From Balanoglossus misakiensis (taxonomy: Eukaryota > Animalia > Hemichordata), in contig CM082593.2 of the NCBI GenBank assembly GCA_040954595.2, positions 10,801,477 to 10,865,476 on the forward strand: a stretch of DNA of 64,000 nucleotides, in the 5' to 3' direction. The notes beneath the pieces are model-generated. The model did not search any database and was not told the DNA's origin. It saw nothing but the letters and a program-made list of their open reading frames with translations. This document shows, piece by piece, positions 41,801 to 52,288 of this stretch (positions are counted from its first letter, which is position 1; every line of letters starts with the position of its first letter). The position numbers were made by a program, and so were the translations under genes.

Positions 41801-44800
41801 ATTGTTGAAAATCATCAAAAAATGACAAATTTTCCTCTTTGCAAAATCTCAAAATTTCGTCGATTTTTGATGAAAATCATGGGTGAAAATCATCAAAAAA
41901 TGACAAATTTTCGACTTTGCAAAATCTCAAAATTTCGTCGATTTTTGAAAAAAAATCATGGGGAAAATGATCAAAAAATGACAAATTTTCGACTGCAAAA
42001 TTTCAAAATTTCGTCAATTTTGAAAAAATCATGGGTGAAAATCATCAAAAAATGACAAATTTTCGACTGCAAAATCTCAAAATTTCGTCGATTTTTGAAA
42101 AAAAAACGACTGAAAATCATCAAAAAATGACAAATTTTCCTCTTTGCAAAATCTATAAATTTCGTCGATTTTTGAAAAATTTTCAACTTTGCAAAATCTC
42201 AAAATTTCGTCGATTTTAGAAAAAAATCATGGGGGAAAATCATCAAAAAATGTCAAATTTTCGACTGCAAAATCTCAAAATTTCGTCGATTTTTGAAATA
42301 AATCATTGTTGAAAATTATCAAAAAATGACAAATTTTCCTCTTTGCAAAATCTCAAAATTTCGTCGATTTTTTGAAAAAAGACGGGTGAAAATCATCTAA
42401 AAATGACAAATTTTCGACTTTGCAAAATCTCAAAATTTCGTTGATTTTTGAAAAAAATCATGGGTGAAAATCATCAACAAATGACAATTTTTTTACTGCA
42501 AAATCTCAAATTTTCGTCGATTTTTTAAAAAAATTGTTGAAAATCATCAAAAATGACAAATTTTTGACTGCAAAATCTCAAAATTTCGTCGATTTTTGAA
42601 AAAAAATCATTGTTGAAAATCATCAAAAAATGACAAATTTTCCTCTTTGCAAAATCTCAAAATTTCGTCGATATTTGAAAAAAGACATGGGTGAAAATCA
42701 TCAAAAAATGACAAATTTTCGACTTTGCAAAATCTCAAAATTTCGTCGATTTTTGAAAAAATCATGGGTGAAAATCATGAAAAAATGACAAATTTTCGAC
42801 TTTGCACAATCTGAAAATTTCGTCGATTTTTGAAAAAAATCATGGGGGAAAATGATCAAAAATGACAAATTTTCGACTGCAAAATCTCAAAATTTCGTCA
42901 ATTTTGAAAAAAATCATGGTCGAAAATCATCAAATAATGACAATTTTTTTACTGCAAAATCTCAAAATTTCATCGATTTTTGAAAAAAATCATGGGTGAA
43001 AATCATCAAAAAATGACAAATTGTCGACTTTGCAAAATCTCAAAATTTCGTCGATTTTTGAAGAAAATCAAGGGTGAAAATCATCAAAAAATGACAAATT
43101 TTCGACATTGCAAAATCTCAAAATTTCGTCGATTTTTGAAAAAAATCATGGGGAAAATGATCAAAAAATGACAAATTTTCGACTGCAAAATTTCAAAATT
43201 TCGTCAATTTTGAAAAAATCATGGGTGAAAATCATCAAAAAATGACAAATTTTCGACTGCAAAATCTCAAAATTTCGTCGATTTTTGAAAAAAAAACGGG
43301 TGAAAATCATCAAAAAATGACAAATTTTCGACTTCAAAGACTCAAAATTTCGTCAATTTTGAAAAAAATCATGGGTGAAAATCATCAAAAAATGACAAAT
43401 TTTCCTCTTTGCAAAATCTATAAATTTCGTCGATTTTTGAAAAATTTTCAACTTTGCAAAATCTCAAAATTTCGTCGATTTTTGAAAAAAATCATGGGGG
43501 AAAATCATCAAAAAATGACAAATTTTCGACTGCAAAATCTCAAAATTTCGTCGATTTTTGAAAAAAATCATTGTTGAAAATTATCAAAAAATGACAAATT
43601 TTCCTCTTTGCAAAATCTCAAAATTTCGTAGATTTTTTGAAAAAAGACGGGTGAAAATCATCTAAAAATGACAAATTTTCGACTTTGCAAAATCTCAAAA
43701 TTTCGTTGATTTTTGAAAAAAATCATGGGGGAAAATCATCAAAAAATGACAAATTTACGACTACAAAATCTCAAAATTTCGTCGATTTGTGAAAAAAAAT
43801 CATGGGTGAAAATCATCAAAAAATGACAAATTTTCGACTGCAAAATCTCAAAATTTCGTCAATTTTTGAAAAAAATCATGGTTGAAAATCATCATGACAA
43901 TGACAAATTTTCGACTTTGCAAAATCTCAAAATTTCGTCGATTTTGAAAAAAATCATGGGTTCGTCTATTTTTGAAAAAAAAACATTCGGTGAAAATCAT
44001 CAAAAAATGACAAATTTTCGACTTTGCAAAATCTCAAAATTTCGTCGATTTTTGAAGAAAATCATGGGTGAAAATCATCAAAAAATTACAAATTTTCGAC
44101 TGCAAAATTTCAAAATTTCGTCAATTTTGAAAAAATCATGGGTGAAAATCATCAAAAAATGACAAATTTTCGACTGCAAAATCTCAAAATTTCGTCGATT
44201 TTTGAAAAAAAAACGGGTGAAAATCATCAAAAAATGACAAATTTTCGACTTCAAAGACTCAAAATTTCGTCAATTTTGAAAAAAATCATGGGTGAAAATC
44301 ATCAAAAAATGACAAATTTTCCTCTTTGCAAAATCTATAAATTTCGTCGATTTTTGAAAAATTTTCAACTTTGCAAAATCTCAAAATTTCGTCGATTTTT
44401 GAAAAAAATCATGGGGGAAAATCATCAAAAAATGACAAATTTTCGACTGCAAAATCTCAAAATTTCGTCGATTTTTGAAAAAAATCATTGTTGAAAATTA
44501 TCAAAAAATGACAAATTTTCCTCTTTGCAAAATCTCAAAATTTCGTAGATTTTTTGAAAAAAGACGGGTGAAAATCATCTAAAAATGACAAATTTTCGAC
44601 TTTGCAAAATCTCAAAATTTCGTTGATTTTTGAAAAAAATCATGGGGGAAAATCATCAAAAAATGACAAATTTACGACTACAAAATCTCAAAATTTCGTC
44701 GATTTGTGAAAAAAAATCATGGGTGAAAATCATCAAAAAATGACAAATTTTCGACTGCAAAATCTCAAAATTTCGTCAATTTTTGAAAAAAATCATGGTT

Positions 44801-45552
44801 GAAAATCATCATGACAATGACAAATTTTCGACTTTGCAAAATCTCAAAATTTCGTCGATTTTGAAAAAAATCATGGGTTCGTCTATTTTTGAAAAAAAAA
44901 CATTCGGTGAAAATCATCAAAAAATGACAAATTTTCGACTTTGCAAAATCTCAAAATTTCGTCGATTTTTGAAGAAAATCATGGGTGAAAATCATCAAAA
45001 AATTACAAATTTTCGACTTTGCAAAATCTCAAAATTTCGTCAATTTTGAAAAAAATCATCGGTGAAAATCATCATGACAATGACAAATTTTCGACTTTGC
45101 AAAATCTCAAAATTTCGTCGATTTTGAAAAAAATCATGGGTTCGTCTATTTTTGAAAAAAAAACATTCGGTGAAAATCATCAAAAAATGACAAATTTTCG
45201 ACTTTGCAAAATCTCAAAATTTCGTCGATTTTTGAAGAAAATCATGGGTGAAAATCATCAAAAAATTACAAATTTTCGACTTTGCAAAATCTCAAAATTT
45301 CGTCAATTTTGAAAAAAATCATCGGTGAAAATCATCAAAAAATTACAAATTTTTTACTGCAAAATCTCAAATTTTCGTCGATTTTTTAAAAAAATTGTTG
45401 AAAATCATCAAAAAATGACAAATTTTCCTCTCTTGCAAAATCTCAAAATTTCGTCGATTTTTGAAAAAAGACGGGTGAAAATCATCAAAAAATGACAAAT
45501 TTTCGACTTTGCAAAATCTCAAAATTTCGTCGATTTTTGAAAAAAATCATGG
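5845..45552 (+). repeat. 39.7-kb tandem satellite array, 78-bp monomer (roughly 500+ units)
   Basis: Consensus ttttcgactttgcaaaatctcaaaatttcgtcgatttttgaaaaaaatcatgggtgaaaatcatcaaaaaatgacaaa (78 bp, 21/78 GC). Head-to-tail in one orientation, with no TE insertion seen. Truncated 42-, 36- and 76-bp variants occur. Confidence 0.99.
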
Positions 45553-46120
45553 CAGGTGTCAAAGGTATCCCCCTGTATTTGGCATTTCATGATAGTTTCC
45601 TCCCTCCAAATACCAAAGCTGCACCTGTACAACGGGATGAGATATGGCACTGTATGACAGAGGTCATCAAAATCACCTTATACATTTGGGCAAAAACCAA
45701 CTGACACTTACATTCGTCCCTGTGGAACAAAAACCACACCTATCGCCCTGTTGGTTAGTGTACAATTAAATGTACAAAATCAATGACTTAGGCAGGTGCA
45801 ACAGGTGACCCCGCCTTTGGTATGTCATTATGGTCCCATCCGTATATGCCCCCCCCCCCCAAGCCAAAGCTGCATGCATCTTCTGTAGATGCTCACTAAG
45901 CAAAAGTAGGTGAAAGGTCACATAAGGTCGCCCACAACTTGACGGGAAAATCGGACTTCATATTGATCCATGTGCAACAAATACCACGCTACCACCCCTT
46001 TCATTGACCCCACAATTACGCATGCACATAATTATTGAGTTACGCAGGTGTCACAGGTGACCCCCGAATCGGGTGTATTATTTTGGTCCCATACAGCTGC
46101 ATGTAGCTGCGTGCCGTTAC
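45551..46120 (+). repeat. Diverged tandem repeat of about 245 bp (about 2.3 units)
   Basis: Units start ggcaggtgtcaaaggt (45551), ggcaggtgcaacaggtgacccc (45791) and cgcaggtgtcacaggtgacccc (46042). Units share ccaaagctgca, tggtcccat and aaa.accac motifs. Confidence 0.75.
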
Positions 46121-46545
46121 GGGCGACCTGATAACCCACACGGCCACCTGCGGGCCGACCCCCATACTGAACGTCCAGTTGCAACATCACGACTGAAGTA
46201 GGAACTTTTGAACGGCAACGAAGCCTGATCTCTGATTATTGCTGGTACCATACTCCCTTCGTGCAAGAAAATCACTGGTCTGCTGACGTATTTCAGGCAA
46301 TTTCCCAAACTACTATCCACTACATGTGACTACAATGCTAATGAAACCTCCCACAACATTAGCGACTTAGAGTCAAAGCCCACTGCCAGTGTAGCCGGGT
46401 TTGCGTAGACACATTTGAATGGCAACAGCTAACAAATAATAATAATTCTTTATTTCAGACTTTAAAAAAAGTCCATATACCCAAAAGAGAGAAGAAAAAA
46501 AAACAATAATAATAATCTGACACTGAGACACACACAAAAAAAAAC

Positions 46546-49500
46546 TTACATGATATACAATTGCTTTCGCCAATGTTTGAAAAATATGCTGTCAGTCGCT
46601 CTATCTGATGAACAGATCGCATCAAGTAAAACATTAGAAGAATTTTCGAGTCTACGCTTAAGATGGGTCCCTGGGATCTTTTTGCTCGTTGCTATGGGCC
46701 TTTATAGGACATTACACCCCGATTTGGACTAAGCCGTTTTCAGAGTCTAACAAGGGGCTGGTAACTAGTTGAAAATCTGCACGATTGTGAGCGCGCGCCC
46801 CCTGACGCCATTGATATGAAAATTAGCTAGGTCAAATTTCAAAAGCCTAAGGCTTTTTATTCCGTGACCTCAAAAACGAACTTGATACGTATTCATTAGT
46901 TGCTTGAACCAGGGAAGATCGTGACGGATTTTGTTTTCGAATATTATCGTTGTATCCTAAGATTTCAGCATACCCGTACCACACCTGAAAAAGTCATCGA
47001 TTTTGGGTGTTTTTGGACGCACTCTTCCAGCGGTATCGCTTCTTAGCACGACGAAAACCGAAAAAACGATCCGTCACACTGTGCGGAAGTGCGTTCTCAA
47101 CAAGCAGGTCAAATTTGACTGGCGTACGTGGCCTATGAAAAAAGCCTTAGGGATTTTCGTGAACGGTACAAAATCTCTGTGTACAAAACATTGGATTTTT
47201 AGCGTTCGATCCAGTTACTGTGGTTACAGGACGCGCACGCTATCGCTGACCGCTGCTTTGCCGTATTAGCGTGGCGGCCTATGGCCGGGTGGTAGCTGCC
47301 GTCAACATACTCGGACAGGGGGTGTGCACACAATCGTGCAGATTTTCAACTAGTTACCAGCCCCTTGTTAGACTCTGAAAACGGCTTAGTCCAAATCGGG
47401 GTGTAATGTCCTATAAAGGCCCATAGCAACGAGCAAAAAGATCCCAGGGACCCATCTTAAAACTGTACATATTGCGTCTAAAAACTTCACCAAGTGACAA
47501 TACATGTACATGGTTTGTAGCAAACATACCCGATGCACAGCAAAATGGCGGAAGACCGAGAAATCTTCTCCAAACATTATTGTACATAGTTTTAAATTTT
47601 TTCATCGGTTTAACTTTAAAGGATGCCCACAAACTGCAACAGTAAATATTACTACAATATGCCAAAAATAAAACTTTCTTCACATCTTGACTACAATGTT
47701 GAAAATGTCTCAATAGCATGTTTGCTCTTACACAAAATGCTCTTCTCTGTCGTTCAATATCTTCATTATCACAACCATCACAAGATATAACATGGCCCAG
47801 ATAGGTGTGTACAGGTACAAACTTTAAAGTGATGTCATTAAGTTTAACCGAAGGAATTCATTGAACGCTCATATTCTTCCCATTAAAAAGCATGCACACA
47901 GTTTTACTAGAATTATAAATGATATCATAATCCTTGCCATAAATTTCACAAATTCTAAGAAGACGGCGTAGACCCTTAATACTTGGACTGAGTAGAGTCA
48001 TGTCGTCAGCGTAACCTAAAGTGTTAGCGCTGACACCAGACATGGTACAGCCAACTTTGGCTTTACAGAGTGCATTGATAATATCATCAATGTAGACATT
48101 AAAAAGATAGGGAGAGAGTACCCCCCCTTGTCTTACACCGTTAGAAACAGAAAACAACTCTGAGGGTTCATTACCCCACAACACAGTAAACAATTGATTT
48201 CTGTACCATTAATATAAAATTCGTACAGCATACAAGGGAACATTCCTGTCGATGTGCTTGTTAATTATAACCAGTTTAAAGTGATTAACTCTGTCAAAAG
48301 CTTTTGAAGCATCCAGAAAACAAGTAAACACTGGTCTTCCATTGCTGGTGTAGTAGCTAATGATTTCTTTAAATGCAAATAAACACAGGTCAGTTGAATG
48401 TTCTCGCTTGAAACCAAATTGTAAATAATGAGAGGTAAGAAACTCCTCACAACGAAAAAGTAAAATATGCTCAAAAACTTTAGAGAAAACAGTTGCTAGT
48501 GCTATCGGCCGGTAGTTACTGGCATCACTACAAAGCTTAGTTTTATCCTTAATAATTGGAACTAAATTAACATTGATAGCCTCAGTTGGCAGGTAACCAT
48601 GAACAATCATTGCATTAATACAACAAGTCAGAAAGGGTAAAATAGAGGAGTCTGAGAATTTGAGGTGCTCAGCTAAAATATTGTCAATGCCAGCTGTCTT
48701 ACCGTCAGGTAACTTATGTATAGCAGAAATTACTTCGTCTTTAGAAACATACATATCAGAAGAAAATTTAACATACTTCATTTTCTCCTCGATGTCATTT
48801 TTACCAGTCTGAGCCTGGACAGAATTCAAAATATCACTGAAATGCTTGTGCCACATAATTGCAATTTCACTCTCACCAGTCGCTCCACCTACAGTGTCAG
48901 AAAGCGGCGTTTTTCTGCTAGTTTGCTTTCTGACTTCCTCCCAGAAGTCGTTCTGTTTGTGGCAGCGTAAATTATCAGCCATCTTGTCAGCCCTATTTTG
49001 ATTCTCAATCTTTTTACAAGCACGTAAAGCATACTAAAAACGAGCTCTGGAAGATTTCATGGTTTCAAAAAGCGGGCCTTGTTTAGGTTTACCCACATTA
49101 ACCCATAATAAAAACATGGAACGGGCATAGTCGTGACTTTCTTTTACAAAATCGTTCCAGCCAGGCACAACATGAACTTTCTGGTGAAACTTACGTCTAA
49201 TGGTATCTTTTGCAGCACAATTCAATGCGTCCACAATACTACTATAACAAGTATCAATTGCCTGTAAATGCGAAGGGTCTGTACAGTTCACATTAGTGCA
49301 GAATAACTCTTCGGATAAATTAATCTTATCAATCTTGGCTTTGGTACAACCGGTGTAGGCGGATATATTCTGCTGTGACAATTTTTTCCAATCAACTCGA
49401 AAATTACATTGCTTGAAGGAACTACTGCTGAAGCTTTCATCAGCAGAAGTGTTGAAATGAACCTCTATTGAAACAGGAATATGGTCGGAGTCAACAACAT

Positions 49501-49569
49501 TGCAAAGACTCGAAATTGAAAGAACATTGCTATGAGAAATTTCAGTGGTAACACAGTAGTCAATCCAAA
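46546..49569 (-). pseudogene. Disrupted LINE ORF2 (endonuclease end plus reverse transcriptase)
   Basis: RT motifs YRPIAL, QFGFK, CFLDASKAFDRVNH, GVRQGGVLSPYLFNVYIDD and LGYADD. C-terminus LRHFQHCS.DVK..LF.AYC..Y...LW. Broken by stops at about 49034, 48209 and 47858 and by the MITE. Removing the MITE restores ...YSFKRRLENSSNVLL...HWRKQLYIM* (stop 46546-46548). Confidence 0.93.
46662..47456. mobile_element. 795-bp Kolobok-like MITE inserted in the LINE ORF
   Basis: TTAA TSD at 46658-46661 and 47457-47460. GA..TC termini. 128-bp perfect TIR (gatgggtccctgggatc...acgattgtg). Additional internal inverted matches such as gtgacggat/atccgtcac and cctaaggcttttt/aaaaagccttagg. Confidence 0.92.
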
Positions 49570-50907
49570 CTCAGCGTAATTCAATAAAACGCCCTAACAC
49601 AGCCTGAACTCCGATAATGTGTTGTCCCAAAATTCATTCCGTGGAAAATAATCACTGGTCTGTTTACGTATTTCAGCCGATTTTCCAAGGACTACTGCAA
49701 CCCGCCAGAAGTGAGTAGCCTGCTAATGAGATCTCCACAACATAACGTAATGACGGTCAAAGTCCGATGCCCCAGTGTCCGTCCTCAGCCCACCAAAAAA
49801 AGCGAAAAAATATTACAAAAATCTTCTTCTCAAAATCGACGTGGCCTAGGACTTTGAAATTTGGCACAGGGGATTTTGGCCACATGGTCTACAAAAATCG
49901 CGAAAAGAATTTACATGCCCCCATTAACGTGCAAATTAGGTCAATTTGAAAATTTCGCTCGATTATAGCAACAAAGTCACGTGACTAATTACAAATTCAA
50001 AGGGCTGGTGCACCAGTACTATGGGCCCCAACCACCGTGCCAAATTTGGAAGGCGCACCTGCCGGAATTTCAGAGAAAAACGGGCGCAAAAAAACGACTC
50101 AAGATGAAAGAAGACAAACTCCAGCAATAACAGAAGGGGACCAAGCGCCTGAGGGCTCTTGGTCCCCTAAATATGGGACTAAACTTGACAGATACCCGGA
50201 ATATTTTCCTATTCAGGATACCTGGTTGCATTTCCACCTAAAGGCGTCCTATTGGCGTGGAAATTGTATAACTTGAAATCGTTTGACTGGGTGATAGGTA
50301 TTAATATCTTATGATGTTATAAAACACTTGGCTCGCCGAAGGTATGGACCGATTATAGCGTCAGTCGTGTCATACAATCTATATGAACGTCATGGGTCAA
50401 TAAACTTGATGGTCCAATAAAATTCAATGGTTAGTAAAACTATTGTGTCCAATGTCTGCAGAGTATACTGGCTGCAACATGTGTATGAGTCAGGATTAAT
50501 GTCTGTAGCCATCAACCCAAAAGGTGAACGTCCTATTCTCACTAACTTAAATAGGTTTTGCGACCTAGTCTAGTTATAAAAACCTTATGATAAAGTCGAC
50601 ACAATTTCAAGATGACGATGTGCAAATGAGAGTTCATAAGCTAAAGTAAAGTTCAATGAATTCTATACAAAGTTCAAAAAAGATTGTTTACTAAAGGAAG
50701 ACATGAAAAAACTGATATCGTCTCTTCATATTCGTACATGTCCAACTGTTGTGATTTGACCCCTCCCCCCCCCCAGGACATGGTACATGAAGCTATTACT
50801 TAGTACACACTTAAACAATTGGCATTTGAAGTGCCTTGCTTGACAGTGTTTAATGCGGTGGTCAGTCGCGTTTATCTCTCGCCACTTCATGCATCATGTC
50901 GCCTTAA

Positions 50908-51557
50908 AGGGGCAAACTCTCTCTCCCGTCGCCCTTTTCTAATAATAATGTTTGATACAAGACACCGTTTATATTAATGGGCATGTGTATATGTAGTGAA
51001 TGAACGTTCAACCACACACAACTTCCATCCTGCTTGTATGATATGAGAGTAAAAACTCGCCCAAAATGAATAAACGGTAGAGACCGATTTTTCAGTTTGG
51101 CGAGTTTTCGCTCTCGTGTCTACATGCGGGATGGAAGGTGTGTGCGGTTGAACGTTGCATCACTATATATCCACATTTACATTAACATAAACGGTGTTTT
51201 GTATTGTCATTTCTTTTAATCGTGGATTTTCGTTTCTGATTTGTATGTATAATGAAAATCCATTTTGGGTCACTGCACTTGTTTTCGACTTTAAACAAGG
51301 CCGTGAATTTAGTCGATAATTGAAGAAAACTGCCGACGGTCAGCATTTTCTACCAATGGTTTGCCTATGGATACAATATTGAACAAAGTTTATCTCAAAA
51401 TAGACCGTGGTGAATTTATTTTGATTTGTCGGAGCTATGTGTAAAATTTCCTGAAAATGACAATAATAGAAGGGAGTTTTCTAACTATTATCCATGTACT
51501 CCTATGGGAAGAGACACAGGCGCACAGTTTACCAGTTGACGTTCTGCGCGTACATCA
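50908..51557. mobile_element. Duplicated MITE A fused to MITE B (right part)
   Basis: Starts TTAA|AGGGGC. A 56-bp deletion relative to copy 1 removes the A/B junction. Ends cgtacatca|ttga. Confidence 0.6.
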
Positions 51558-51997
51558 TTGAGTGTACTGGCAGCTAACTTATTGTTTATTTGTAACAGCA
51601 ATTGGATCTTGGAGCACTGTTTGGAACACCCTTTGTGAAATATGAATGTCCAGAAGGTAAGTTGAATTGACCCTAGCCCTTTCACCAACATGGTTCAGTC
51701 AAAACCAATTGTTTTCTATGGTAATGTTGGACCTCTAAAGAGGAAACGGGGGGGGGGGGGTGATGAAAGGTTTAAGACTTACAGATCACAACTTAAATAG
51801 CCATTCAGAAAGAGGCTTAGAGTGGAGTATCAAATCGGACGATACCACTGACTGGTGGAGGAAGACAAAATAAGCAAACTGAGTAGATGAGTGCTCAGAT
51901 TTCTTCAGAGGACCAAACGTTTCAAAGAATTATACGTAACAATCCATGCCTGGTCCGTCAGTAGATATAAACAGAACATTGTGGCTGTATTCATTAA

Positions 51998-52288
51998 AGG
52001 GACAAAGTCTCTCTCTCGCTGCCCTTTTTCCATTAATTATGTTTGATACAAGACTGCGTTTATATTATTCTACATGTGGATATAGTGAATCAACGTTCAA
52101 CCATACACACCTTCCACTCCGCTTGTATAGACACGAGAGTTTTAAAAAGTCGCCAAAATGAATAAACGGTCTCTACCATTTATTCATTTCGGGCGGGTTT
52201 TTACTCTCGTATCATACAAGCGGGATGGAAGTTGTGTGTGGTTGAACGTTCATTCACTAACATAAACGGTGTCTTGTATCATGTCCCT
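51998..52288. mobile_element. Duplicated Kolobok-like MITE A
   Basis: TTAA|AGGGAC...GTCCCT|TTAA. Counterpart of 3047-3337. Confidence 0.8.

Larger units (their letters stand above)
46434..49569 (-). mobile_element. 5'-truncated RTE-X-like non-LTR retrotransposon
   Basis: The minus-strand 3' end is gtctgaaataaag followed by a (TAT)n tail at 46434-46460. The 5' end is truncated inside the endonuclease domain (WIDYCVTT..SDHIP). No clear TSD. Confidence 0.9.
45551..50170 (+). mobile_element. Helentron/HINE-like element with internal repeats, left end truncated by the satellite and interrupted by a LINE
   Basis: Internal diverged repeats lie on both sides of the LINE. Terminal stem-loop at 50135-50168 followed by AAAT. 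Confidence 0.5.

Noticed and set aside
5845-45552. CRISPR-like array
   Set aside because: No unique spacers (the whole unit repeats), no cas genes, and a eukaryotic context.
5895-45704. More than 100 ORFs encoding MGENHQKMTNFRLCKISKFRRFLKKI repeats (a putative repeat protein or peptide cluster)
   Set aside because: 78 bp equals 26 codons, so one frame is open by chance. Homopolymer indels shift the frame constantly, with no sign of frame preservation or gene structure.
46662-47456. piggyBac assignment for the TTAA-flanked MITE
   Set aside because: Termini are GA..TC (purines), not the CC(C)..(G)GG typical of piggyBac. Kolobok fits better.
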